DNA of 32,000 nt, from NCBI RefSeq assembly GCF_900167395.1, contig NZ_FUWK01000001.1, forward strand, positions 150,001 to 182,000, read 5' to 3'. Positions 1 through 11,060 of this stretch are shown here, in pieces. Positions within the stretch are counted from its first letter, which is position 1. Each line of letters starts with the position of its first letter. Source of the DNA: Nitrosomonas europaea (lineage in GTDB: Bacteria > Pseudomonadota > Gammaproteobacteria > Burkholderiales > Nitrosomonadaceae). The notes below the pieces were generated by a model that had not been told where the DNA came from, made no database searches, and was given only the letters and a program-made list of their open reading frames with translations. A program made the position numbers and the translations under genes.

Positions 1-2802
1 AACGGGCGCAGCCGATTCCGCACCGGATTCCGGGAAAAATTCGAGGGCGATCCCACACGCTGCAGGCTTTACCAGGAAATCAGCAAGGGCAATATTCCCG
101 CCGGAATCGAATATTATCTGCCGCTTTTTTTCGAACAGACGGCCACGCTGTTCGATTACCTGGCGCAGCATTCCACAGTGTGTCTGCACGGGGAGATCAC
201 ACCAGCCATCGAAAATTTCTGGCAGGATACCCGTTCACGCTATCAGTTGATGCGCAATGATCCGGATCGGCCTTTGCTTCCTCCGATGGATCTGTTTCTG
301 CCGGAAGATCAGTTTTACGGCTACCTCAAATCATACAAACGAATAGAAATGCATACCGGGCAACAGGTAAAGACCGATAAGCCTTTTGCCCGTTCCCTTC
401 CACCTGTACGCGTGGATCGTCGCGCTTCCAACCCGATCGAGCAGCTGACCGCTTTTGTCCATACATTTACGCAAAAGGGCGGACGGGTTTTACTACTGGC
501 AGAAAGTATGGGGCGACGCGAGCTGATGGCGGAATACCTGCGCGAATATGGCCTGAAACTGAAACTCTGCGAGGATTTTGCTGCATTTCAGTCAGACACT
601 GCCTCTTGCATGCTCAGTGTGGCTTCCCTGCACAGCGGTTTTATCCTTGCTGCTGAAAACCTGGCGCTGGTTACCGAAAACGAGCTGTATGCCACGCATG
701 TACGCGGACAGCGTACACGTGATGCACGCAAGACTGTTTCGGCCGATTCCATTTTGCGTGATCTGTCCGAAATCAAGCCCGGCAGTCCGGTGGTACATGA
801 ACAGCACGGTATCGGGCGTTATCTCGGGCTGGTCAACATGAATATGGGTGAGGATGATTCAGGCCAGTCCAGTGAATTTCTCGCTCTGGAATACCAGGGG
901 GGAGATAAGCTGTATGTGCCGGTCACACAGCTTCATCTCATCAGCCGTTACAGTGGTGCCGCACCGGAAGCAGCCCCGCTGCACAAACTGGGAAGTGGCC
1001 AATGGGAAAAGGCCAAGCGCAAAGCGATGCAGCAGGTACGCGATACTGCCGCTGAACTGTTGAACCTGTATGCGCAACGCGCTGCCCGCAAAGGCCATAT
1101 ATTCCGGTTCAACCAGCATGATTACAATGCTTTTGCCGATGGTTTCGGTTTCGAGGAAACACCAGACCAAGCCACTGCCATCAATGCAGTCATTCAGGAT
1201 ATGGTGTCCGGCAAATCGATGGATCGGCTGATTTGTGGTGATGTCGGCTTCGGCAAAACAGAAGTTGCCCTGCGGGCAGCTTTTGTTGCAGTCACCGATG
1301 GCAAGCAGGTAGCCGTACTGGTTCCCACCACACTGCTGGCAGAACAGCATTATCAGAATTTCTCTGATCGTTTCGGGCTGATTGCTGATCAATGGCCGGT
1401 AAAAATTGCCGAGCTTTCACGTTTCCGTTCAGCTCGGGAACAGGCCGAAGCGCTGCAAAGCCTGGCGCAGGGGACAACTGACATCATCATCGGTACACAC
1501 AAACTGATTCAGGATAAGGTCAAATTCAAAAACCTGGGACTGGTCATCATCGATGAAGAACATCGTTTCGGAGTGCGTCAGAAAGAACAGCTCAAAAAAC
1601 TGCGTGCCGAAGTGGATGTACTGACGCTGACCGCAACACCCATCCCGCGCACGCTGGCGATGTCACTCGAAGGCCTCAGAGATTTTTCGGTGATTGCCAC
1701 TGCACCCCAGCGACGCCTGGCGATCCGGACATTCGTACACCCTTACTCGGAAGGAATCATCCGCGAAGCCTGTCTGCGTGAACTGAAACGCGGCGGGCAG
1801 ATCTATTTTCTTTACAATGAAGTCAGCACCATTCAGAACATGTATACCAGATTGACCACGCTGCTGCCGGAAGCAAGAATAAACATTGCGCACGGGCAAA
1901 TGCGGGAAAGTGAACTGGAACATGTCATGCGTGATTTCTACCAGCAGCGTTTCAATCTGCTGCTGTGTACGACCATCATTGAAACAGGGATAGACATTCC
2001 CACCGCCAACACTATCATCATCCATCGTGCCGATAAGTTCGGGCTGGCACAGTTGCACCAGTTACGCGGCAGAGTCGGCCGTTCGCACCACCAGGCGTAT
2101 GCCTATCTGCTGACACCACCGGAAAAAGCAGCACTGACCACGCAGGCAACCAGGCGTCTGGAAGCTATTCAGGCGATGGAAGAGCTCGGCTCCGGGTTTT
2201 ATCTGGCCATGCACGATCTGGAAATTCGCGGTGCGGGCGCGGTATTAGGTGACTCACAAAGTGGCGAAATGCAGGAAGTAGGGTTCAGCCTTTACAGTTC
2301 ACTGCTGGACGCAGCAATCAAATCACTGAAAGCCGGTCATGAACCGGATATGCAGCAACCCCTGGGAGTTTCCACAGAAATCAGATTGCATGTACCGGCG
2401 CTATTGCCAGAAAGTTACTGTGGCGATATCCATGAGCGATTGATTCTGTACAAACGCATGGCGGGTTGCAGTGATGAAACAGAACTGGACGAGATTCACC
2501 AGGAGCTGATCGACCGCTTTGGTCTGTTACCTGATCCTGCCCGCGCGTTACTGGACAGTCATCGGCTGCGCATCGAAGCCAGGCAGCTGGGCATTACCCG
2601 TATCGATGCCGGACCAGACAACATTCAGTTGCAATTTGTACCAGAACCCCCGATCGAAGCCATAAAAATCATTCAGCTCATTCAGAGCAGCAAGGAATAC
2701 AGCCTGTCAGGGCCTGACCGCCTGAGCGTCCGGCTGCAAATACCGGATGTTGGCGAACGCGTCAAAAAAATCAAAAAACTGATGACGTTACTGAAAAACT
2801 GA
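1..2802 (+). CDS. mfd: Transcription-repair coupling factor Mfd (5' partial; gene starts upstream of the window)
   Basis: Frame 1 is open from base 1 (…GIEYYLPLFFEQTATLFDYL precedes the GTG at 178). Translation shows the CarD/TRCF RNAP-interaction segment (GSPVVHEQHGIGRYLG), SF2 helicase motifs GDVGFGKTEVA, DEEHRFG and QLRGRVGRS, and a TRCF C-terminal domain. Stop TGA at 2800-2802. Confidence 0.95.
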   Translation, partial: NGRSRFRTGFREKFEGDPTRCRLYQEISKGNIPAGIEYYLPLFFEQTATLFDYLAQHSTVCLHGEITPAIENFWQDTRSRYQLMRNDPDRPLLPPMDLFLPEDQFYGYLKSYKRIEMHTGQQVKTDKPFARSLPPVRVDRRASNPIEQLTAFVHTFTQKGGRVLLLAESMGRRELMAEYLREYGLKLKLCEDFAAFQSDTASCMLSVASLHSGFILAAENLALVTENELYATHVRGQRTRDARKTVSADSILRDLSEIKPGSPVVHEQHGIGRYLGLVNMNMGEDDSGQSSEFLALEYQGGDKLYVPVTQLHLISRYSGAAPEAAPLHKLGSGQWEKAKRKAMQQVRDTAAELLNLYAQRAARKGHIFRFNQHDYNAFADGFGFEETPDQATAINAVIQDMVSGKSMDRLICGDVGFGKTEVALRAAFVAVTDGKQVAVLVPTTLLAEQHYQNFSDRFGLIADQWPVKIAELSRFRSAREQAEALQSLAQGTTDIIIGTHKLIQDKVKFKNLGLVIIDEEHRFGVRQKEQLKKLRAEVDVLTLTATPIPRTLAMSLEGLRDFSVIATAPQRRLAIRTFVHPYSEGIIREACLRELKRGGQIYFLYNEVSTIQNMYTRLTTLLPEARINIAHGQMRESELEHVMRDFYQQRFNLLLCTTIIETGIDIPTANTIIIHRADKFGLAQLHQLRGRVGRSHHQAYAYLLTPPEKAALTTQATRRLEAIQAMEELGSGFYLAMHDLEIRGAGAVLGDSQSGEMQEVGFSLYSSLLDAAIKSLKAGHEPDMQQPLGVSTEIRLHVPALLPESYCGDIHERLILYKRMAGCSDETELDEIHQELIDRFGLLPDPARALLDSHRLRIEARQLGITRIDAGPDNIQLQFVPEPPIEAIKIIQLIQSSKEYSLSGPDRLSVRLQIPDVGERVKKIKKLMTLLKN

Positions 2803-2825
2803 GAAACCGGCAGGTAATAGTCGAT

Positions 2826-3185
2826 TTACCCGTAGGTAGTTTCTTTATCGAAATCCTGCCAGATATAAGGTGGACGAACAGTCGGTTGGGTAGGAATAAA
2901 GAAGGTTGCGGCATCCAGCACACCGAACACGGTACGGCCAATCGTATGCATGATGCCGGTCACGAGGCCGACAGTCAGCCCGTAAGCAGGCCCGTCGCGC
3001 CGGCTGGTAAGAATCACGGTTTTAGGAAGTTCGATAACACCGGTTACAGCGTTGGCAATACCGTTGACCAGCTTCTCACTCGCTGCGACCGGGTAGCTCT
3101 GTGGCATATTACGCTGTGCCATAGTGGTTTGTGGCAATACGCAAAACAAAATCAGAAAAACAACCTGTGTAATTGAAGTTTTCAT
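2826..3185 (-). CDS. Small secreted protein, resembles the exosortase-system-associated TIGR04073 family (119 aa)
   Basis: ORF-track ORF 2826..3440 overlaps fdxA. An internal ATG at 3183-3185 is preceded by AAGGAGA (3194-3200, minus strand) with an 8-nt spacer. The product starts MKTSITQVVFLILFCVLPQTTMA (signal peptide). It then has Gly-rich G-x-x-N-x-x-x-G-x-x-E-x-P and GLVTGIMHTIGRTVFGVLDAATFFIP motifs that I remember as typical of TIGR04073. The family name comes from memory only. Confidence 0.6.
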   Translation of the reverse strand: MKTSITQVVFLILFCVLPQTTMAQRNMPQSYPVAASEKLVNGIANAVTGVIELPKTVILTSRRDGPAYGLTVGLVTGIMHTIGRTVFGVLDAATFFIPTQPTVRPPYIWQDFDKETTYG

Positions 3186-3228
3186 TATTGGCGTCTCCTT
3201 GATCTTATTTTGGCAACAGTGAGTCTGG

Positions 3229-3552
3229 TCAGCGTTCCAATTTATCCAGTTTGTCTGTAACGGAGGCCCATTCATCTGCATCCGGCAGTGCATCTTTTTT
3301 CTCGATGATTGGATCCCAGATTTTTGACAATTCTGCATTGAGTGCAATGAACTGACGCTGATCTTCGGGGACATCATCCTCTGCATAAATGGCTTCCACC
3401 GGACATTCTGCCACACACAACGTGCAGTCGATACATTCATCCGGATCGATCACCAAAAAATTGGGGCCTTCACGGAAGCAATCCACGGGACATACGTCTA
3501 CGCAATCAGTGTATTTACATTTAATACAACTTTCAGTTACTACATAAGTCAT
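3229..3552 (-). CDS. fdxA: 7Fe ferredoxin, Azotobacter FdxA type ([3Fe-4S][4Fe-4S])
   Basis: 107 aa starting [29 protein letters not shown]…[16 protein letters not shown]. This is the classic CxxCxxxxCxxxCP plus CxxCxxCxxxCP cysteine pattern with an acidic C-terminal tail. Confidence 0.9.
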   Translation of the reverse strand: MTYVVTESCIKCKYTDCVDVCPVDCFREGPNFLVIDPDECIDCTLCVAECPVEAIYAEDDVPEDQRQFIALNAELSKIWDPIIEKKDALPDADEWASVTDKLDKLER

Positions 3553-3773
3553 GATGATATTCCTTGAGCGACACTTTCTGAAAGAAACTTACAATTCTAT
3601 CAGAATCTCGATAAATTCTGCTACACACCGGGAGTGTGTGTTATCCGCGTGACGCCGCTTTGGCTTCAAAGAGTGTTGTTTGTGCCAGCCTTCTGGTATC
3701 AGACATGCTGCGTTGCACGAGATTTATTCAATGAGGGTCAGAAACGGTAAAACCCGGGCATTGCCTGAAGCCC

Positions 3774-3862
3774 TGGTGCCCGGGGCCGGAATCGAACCGG
3801 CACGGACGTTAATGTCCGAGGGATTTTAAGTCCCTTGTGTCTACCAATTTCACCACCCGGGC
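3774..3862 (-). tRNA. leuZ: tRNA-Leu (anticodon UAA), long variable arm, CCA encoded
   Basis: The reverse complement reads GCCCGGGTGGTGAAATTGGTAGACAC…GGGACTTAAAATCCC…GGTTCGATTCCGGCCCCGGGCACCA. The acceptor stem GCCCGGG/CCCGGGC pairs perfectly. The anticodon loop is CT-TAA-AA. Confidence 0.9.
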
Positions 3863-3887
3863 AATTACGAAGTTGAAACTGTCAATA

Positions 3888-3961
3888 TGGAGGCGGGGGT
3901 CGGAATCGAACCGGCGTAGACGGCTTTGCAGGCCGCTGCATAACCACTCTGCCACCCCGCC
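3888..3961 (-). tRNA. cysT: tRNA-Cys (anticodon GCA), CCA encoded
   Basis: The reverse complement reads GGCGGGGTGGCAGAGTGGTTATGCAGCGGCCTGCAAAGCCGTCTACGCCGGTTCGATTCCGACCCCCGCCTCCA. Acceptor stem is GGCGGGG/CCCCGCC. The anticodon loop is CT-GCA-AA. Confidence 0.9.
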
Positions 3962-4052
3962 GTGAACTGTTTGGATGACGCCACCTGCTCTGCGGCGCCA
4001 AAGCATGAAAATTTGACGTGGACTGAAAACGTCGGAGGATACAGCATAAAAC

Positions 4053-4128
4053 TGGAGCGGGAAACGAGTCTCGAACTCGCGACCTCAACCTTGGCAAGGT
4101 TGCGCTCTACCAACTGAGCTATTCCCGC
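4053..4128 (-). tRNA. glyW: tRNA-Gly (anticodon GCC), CCA encoded
   Basis: The reverse complement reads GCGGGAATAGCTCAGTTGGTAGAGCGCAACCTTGCCAAGGTTGAGGTCGCGAGTTCGAGACTCGTTTCCCGCTCCA. Acceptor stem is GCGGGAA/TTCCCGC. The anticodon loop is TT-GCC-AA. Confidence 0.92.
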
Positions 4129-4173
4129 AAACGATACCAGACCAAACCGGATTCGCCTCTCGACAGACGGGTG

Positions 4174-4201
4174 ATTATAGAGACCCTTCCGATTTTGTCA
4201 A
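4174..4201 (-). promoter_or_regulatory. Consensus sigma70 promoter of the tRNA Gly-Cys-Leu operon
   Basis: On the minus strand there is TTGACA (4196-4201), a 16-nt spacer, then TATAAT (4174-4179). This lies about 40 nt upstream of the tRNA-Gly 5' end. AT-rich sequence sits upstream of the -35 and a GC-rich discriminator (CACCCGTC) downstream of the -10. Confidence 0.65.
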
Positions 4202-4263
4202 GAATAATGGCTCCGGTAATAATTGTTTCGATTGATATAGGGTCGGACCAGGTTCCCGTATCC

Positions 4264-4995
4264 TCAAAATGATTCATTCTTTCCGAGATAACGCCATTTG
4301 CCTTCCGGCAGATCAGCCAGTCTGATTTGACCAATCCGCACGCGTTTCAGTCCGGTCACATTCAATCCGACCAGTTCGCACATCCGCCGGATCTGCCGCT
4401 TTTTTCCTTCCTGTAAAATAAAACGCAACTGATCTTGGTTTAAGCGGCTTACCCTGGCGGGTTTCAATGCCTGGCCATCGAGCTGCAAGCCGTGGTTGAG
4501 CAACGCCAATCCCTCCCGTGTCAAATTACCGCTTACCCGTACCAGGTATTCCTTTTCGATTTGCGAATATTCTCCAATCAATTGTTTGGCAATGCGACCA
4601 TCCTGGGTAAACACCAACAATCCTTGTGAGTCGATATCCAGCCGGCCGGCAGGTGCGATATTTTTGAGGTGCTGTGGTACAAACCTCAAAGACGAACGAT
4701 CCTGATGAAAGTGGGAATCATTATTGACAAGACTGATAGCGGATTTGTAGCCAGGTTCGGGCTGGCCGGATACATAACCGACCGGTTTGTTCAGTAAAAT
4801 CGTCACCTGCTGGTTCTGTCTGATCTGGGCTGCTCGATCGAGCACGATTTCCTGCCACGGATAAATCTTCGTCCCCAGTTCACGAACCGGCTGACCATCT
4901 ACATACACCGAGCCCTGCTCGATGTAAACATCTGCTTCCCTGCGTGAACATATCCCCCGGGCGGACATCAGTTTGGACAGGCGAACTTTTTCCAT
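4264..4995 (-). CDS. rluF: rRNA pseudouridine synthase, RsuA/RluB/E/F family (RluF-like), S4 domain plus catalytic domain
   Basis: 243 aa. The N-terminal S4 segment [30 protein letters not shown] closely matches E. coli RluF as I remember it. The catalytic Asp motif is [11 protein letters not shown] and the C-terminal motif is [10 protein letters not shown]. Confidence 0.8.
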   Translation of the reverse strand: MEKVRLSKLMSARGICSRREADVYIEQGSVYVDGQPVRELGTKIYPWQEIVLDRAAQIRQNQQVTILLNKPVGYVSGQPEPGYKSAISLVNNDSHFHQDRSSLRFVPQHLKNIAPAGRLDIDSQGLLVFTQDGRIAKQLIGEYSQIEKEYLVRVSGNLTREGLALLNHGLQLDGQALKPARVSRLNQDQLRFILQEGKKRQIRRMCELVGLNVTGLKRVRIGQIRLADLPEGKWRYLGKNESF

Positions 4996-5045
4996 CGGTG
5001 AGAAAAACCTGGAAACAATGGTTTATAACGTCATATATCAACGAT

Positions 5046-5489
5046 TTACCTGCTCTGATCCCGTACAGGCAGCCGCCAGATAAACGTAAACAAAATCATG
5101 GCCAGCAAGGCCAGCATACCTTTCAACCACCAGGAAGAAACGATCAAAATCGAGCTCCCGAAAGACAGCGCCATCACCAGATACGCCCAGCGCTTGACGT
5201 GGCGCGCCACGCTGCGGTACTCACACCATTCCCGGATGATCGGACCGGCAATACGATGGTTGAGTAAATAGCTGTGGAAACGCTCGGAGCTGCGTGCAAA
5301 ACAACCGGCCGCCAGTAAAATGAAAGGGGTCGTCGGTAATATCGGCAGAAATATGCCCAATATGCCCATGAACAGGGCTGTCATGCCTATACTCAGGTAC
5401 AGCCAGCGCATGACGGGTGAATCATGCAGCTGAAGCAGGTGAATGTTTTCCTCTGGCCGGTTCACTGTTCCATCAGGCTCTATTGACAT
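5046..5489 (-). CDS. ybaN: DUF454 (YbaN-like) inner-membrane protein
   Basis: Hydrophobic product with LPILPTTPFILLAAGCFARSSERFHSYLLNHR, the YbaN signature. The ORF-track start at 5543 would overlap the gyrB 3' end, so I prefer the ATG at 5487-5489 (MSIEPD…). The start choice is uncertain. Confidence 0.7.
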   Translation of the reverse strand: MSIEPDGTVNRPEENIHLLQLHDSPVMRWLYLSIGMTALFMGILGIFLPILPTTPFILLAAGCFARSSERFHSYLLNHRIAGPIIREWCEYRSVARHVKRWAYLVMALSFGSSILIVSSWWLKGMLALLAMILFTFIWRLPVRDQSR

Positions 5490-5511
5490 GACAATCCCCC
5501 CGGTAAACTGC

Positions 5512-7989
<2,478 letters not shown>

Positions 7990-9111
7990 TTATTCACGCA
8001 TCGGCATCAAAACATGCTTGAACTGCTCGTCATCCGGCAATGTGATCAGAATGGCGCTTTGCATGCTCTCGAACGAACACCTGATCTGTTCGCTGTCCAG
8101 GTTGTTTAGCACTTCCATCAGGTAAACGATGTTGAAACTGGTGTCGATCGTCTCATTCGAATAAACGATGTCTATTTCTTCCTGTGCTTCCTCCTGCTCC
8201 TTGTTTTTGGCTGAAATGTTCAGCTTTCCGTTGGTAATGTTCAGATGGACGTTGCGGAACAGATCGTTGCTGCTGGAAATGATCGCGGTACGCTGGAGTG
8301 CATGGAGGAAATCAAGCCGGTTGACGTCAAATTGGAACACGCTGGTTTGCGGAATTGCGCGTCTGAAATCGAGAAATTTTCCTGAAATCACTTTTGAGAC
8401 CAGTACAGCATCCGAAAAACGAAAGCATACCTTTTTCGGGTAAATCTCGACGATGACCGGTTTATCGCTGTCTTCCAGTTGTCTGATCAGTTCCAGTACC
8501 GTCTTACGCGGAACGATGGTTTCGGATTTTTCGAAATTTCCGTCCAGATCGATCGAGGTTATCCCCAGCCTGTGAGTGTCGGTAGCCACCAGCGTCAATT
8601 TATTGTCTTCGATCAGTAACAGCATTCCGTTCAGGTAATAACGCAAATCCTGCTGTGCCATGGCATGTGCCACCCGTTGCAGATGTTTTTTGAGAACTCG
8701 CTGTGCCAATGTGTATGTCGCACTGCAAGGCTCACTGTCGCGGATCATCCTTGGAAAGTCTTCTGCCGGAAGCAGTTGCAGACTGAAGCGGCTTTTTCCG
8801 GAAACGATCTGTAAGCGGTTTTCTGACCGGGTCAGTTCGATAGCTGCGCCCGATGGCAGTGCGCGCAATATGTCCTGCAGTTTTCTGACAGAAACGGTTG
8901 TCTGCAAGGCACCCTGGTTTTCCAGTTCAGGAATATTGGAAGTTGCTTCGGCTTCTATCTCCAGATCGGTAGTGACCAGTGTCAATTGTCCGTTCCTGAT
9001 TTCGATCAGGGTATTCGAGAGTATCGGCAGGGTATGCCTGCGTTCCACAATGCCGCTGACTGTCTGCAGCGGTTTGAACAGCAGATCCCGGTCGGTTATT
9101 GTTAATTTCAT
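7990..9111 (-). CDS. dnaN: DNA polymerase III beta sliding clamp
   Basis: 373 aa. The start MKLTITDRDLLFKPLQTVSGIVERRHTLPILSNTLIE is a typical beta-clamp N-terminus. The C-terminus is …VLMPMRE. It sits in the canonical position between dnaA and gyrB. Confidence 0.95.
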   Translation of the reverse strand: MKLTITDRDLLFKPLQTVSGIVERRHTLPILSNTLIEIRNGQLTLVTTDLEIEAEATSNIPELENQGALQTTVSVRKLQDILRALPSGAAIELTRSENRLQIVSGKSRFSLQLLPAEDFPRMIRDSEPCSATYTLAQRVLKKHLQRVAHAMAQQDLRYYLNGMLLLIEDNKLTLVATDTHRLGITSIDLDGNFEKSETIVPRKTVLELIRQLEDSDKPVIVEIYPKKVCFRFSDAVLVSKVISGKFLDFRRAIPQTSVFQFDVNRLDFLHALQRTAIISSSNDLFRNVHLNITNGKLNISAKNKEQEEAQEEIDIVYSNETIDTSFNIVYLMEVLNNLDSEQIRCSFESMQSAILITLPDDEQFKHVLMPMRE

Positions 9112-9320
9112 TTAATTAAAAGATTAAATAATAGTTAATCAGCGATATAAATCGGAACAAGTAAAAAAATATCTTATGTATTATATAGTTACATTAATGA
9201 TTAGTCTTGTATGGTTTCGGTATGGCCTGTGGATGAATTGTGGATGAAATTTTTCAGTCGGAATTTTATTCAGGTTATCCACAAATCATTCAGTTTTTTT
9301 ACAGTAGGGTGTCATCCACG
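9112..9320. other. Candidate oriC-like module in the dnaA-dnaN spacer (AT-rich tract followed by a DnaA-box cluster)
   Basis: 9112-9227 is strongly AT-rich, with TTAAT/TTAAA-initiated ~11-mers starting at 9112, 9124 and 9135. Four DnaA-box-like 9-mers lie at 9228-9320. Function as an origin rather than as a DnaA-regulated dnaN promoter is inferred only. Confidence 0.4.
9228..9320. promoter_or_regulatory. DnaA-box cluster (4 boxes)
   Basis: TGTGGATGA at 9228-9236 and again at 9239-9247 form an 11-bp tandem; each has one mismatch to TGTGGATAA. A perfect TTATCCACA is at 9275-9283. TCATCCACG at 9312-9320 has two mismatches and overlaps the dnaA stop codon. Confidence 0.65.
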
Positions 9321-10691
9321 CAGGATGTGCATCAATGCGTTGAAATCCCGGTTTATTCCGGGGTCGGAAGTACGTAATTCGATAATTTTCCGGTGGGCGT
9401 GCAGTACGGTGGTGTGATCTCTTCCACCAAAGGCTTCACCGATATCCGGCAAACTCAGTTGTGTCAGTTCCTTGGCAATTGCCATTGCTACTTGCCGGGG
9501 ACGGACGATGGTCCGGACACGTTTCTTCGAATACATGTCGGCCACTTTGATTTTGTAGTAATCCGCTACGGTTTTTTGAATGTTTTCAATCGAAATTTGC
9601 CGGTTCTGGATTGCCAGCAGATCTTTTAACGCCTCTTTGGCCAGATCGAGAGAAATCGAATGACCGGTAAAGCGCGAAAATGCCAGAACCCGCTTCAGCG
9701 CACCTTCCAGTTCGCGTACGTTGGAACGGATATACTTGGCGATAAAAAAGGCAGTATTTTCGTCCAGCTCAATTTTTTCAGCGAGTGCTTTTTTCAGCAG
9801 AATGGCCACGCGCATTTCCAGTTCAGGAGGTTCGATTGCTACGGTCAACCCCCAGCCGAATCTCGATACCAGCCGTTCTTCCAGTCCGGAGATCTCCTTT
9901 GGGTAACAATCCGAAGTAATGATCACCTGCTTGTGGGCTTCGATCAGTGCGTTGAAAGCGTAAAAGAATTCTTCCTGTGTCCGGTTTTTACCGCTGAAAA
10001 ACTGGACATCATCCACCAGCAGCAGATCGAGCGAGTGATAGTAAAGTTTGAATTTGTCGAACGATTTATGCTGATAGGCACTGACCACGTCTGATACGTA
10101 TTTTTCGGCATGGACGTAACGGATTTTGGCACCTGCATCCAGCTCCAGCACATAATTGCCAATCGCCTGCATCAGATGAGTTTTACCCAGCCCGACGCCA
10201 CCGTAAATGAACAGAGGGTTGTAGGCGATACCTGGCCGTTCTGCCACCTGAATGGCACCTGCACGCGCCAGTTGATTGGCTTTACCGGTAACGAACGCAT
10301 CAAAGGTAAAACTGGCGTTGAGCTGACTGGGGTTGGTTTTTCTGCTTGTGACACCTTGTGTTTTTTCCGCTGCCGGTTTTTTGTCCTCTCTGTTTTTCTG
10401 CGCTGAGGTCCTGACTGTCTGAGCTTCGCTTTCGGCTGGTTCCCGCAATTCCAGCCTGAAGCTGATTCTTTCGTTGAAATGATCCTGCGCCATTTCGTCG
10501 ATACGGGTAACGAAATTATCCTTGATCCACTGCAGCACGAAACGGTTGGGTGCAATCAGGATCAGCGTGTTTTTCTCATCCGGACAGACTTCCAGCTTGA
10601 GCGGCTTGATCCAGGTATTGAATTGCTGTCCGTTCAATTCCTGCCTGAAATGCTTGAGACAGAAATGCCAGAAAGTTTCTATTTTCTGCAT
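9312..10691 (-). CDS. dnaA: Chromosomal replication initiator protein DnaA
   Basis: 459 aa with the AAA+ Walker [17 protein letters not shown], Walker [10 protein letters not shown], box VII/sensor elements, and the C-terminal DNA-binding helix …[20 protein letters not shown]. Confidence 0.97.
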   Translation of the reverse strand: MQKIETFWHFCLKHFRQELNGQQFNTWIKPLKLEVCPDEKNTLILIAPNRFVLQWIKDNFVTRIDEMAQDHFNERISFRLELREPAESEAQTVRTSAQKNREDKKPAAEKTQGVTSRKTNPSQLNASFTFDAFVTGKANQLARAGAIQVAERPGIAYNPLFIYGGVGLGKTHLMQAIGNYVLELDAGAKIRYVHAEKYVSDVVSAYQHKSFDKFKLYYHSLDLLLVDDVQFFSGKNRTQEEFFYAFNALIEAHKQVIITSDCYPKEISGLEERLVSRFGWGLTVAIEPPELEMRVAILLKKALAEKIELDENTAFFIAKYIRSNVRELEGALKRVLAFSRFTGHSISLDLAKEALKDLLAIQNRQISIENIQKTVADYYKIKVADMYSKKRVRTIVRPRQVAMAIAKELTQLSLPDIGEAFGGRDHTTVLHAHRKIIELRTSDPGINRDFNALMHILRG

Positions 10692-11060
10692 GACGTATAG
10701 ATGAAATGAGCCTGAATGCCGAAAAATATTTCGGAAAACACGGAAAAATCTGGAGGAAAAACAAACAGTTAATTGTGACTGAAAAGCAAACGGTTTTATC
10801 TTTGAGTGGGTGCAGGCTCCGCTTACCTGCCGAATGAGTAGTATAATGAAGTTTTCTGCAGAAGGTTGTCTTATTGCATACTATCTGTTTTGCCATATTA
10901 GAATCGTTTTAAATACAATTATTAATCTCATTATCAGTTGATGGTTTTCGGATTCACCCTCTGTTTCTGCTTTATGAATTCGGGCAAGGTATGTTAAAAA
11001 GTAGCTTCACGAAAAATCTTTAAAAATTTCTCCGGATCCGGAGAAAAATCCATCCGATTG

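Noticed and set aside
3186-3440. N-terminal extension of the 2826..3440 ORF (204 aa)
   Set aside because: The extension overlaps the fdxA coding sequence in another frame. The internal ATG at 3185 has a strong AAGGAGA RBS and yields a clean signal peptide.
3809-4334. Four small minus-strand ORFs (65-82 aa) in the 3.8-4.3 kb region
   Set aside because: They lie over the three tRNA genes, their spacers and their promoter. Their open frames are by-products of GC-rich tRNA sequence.
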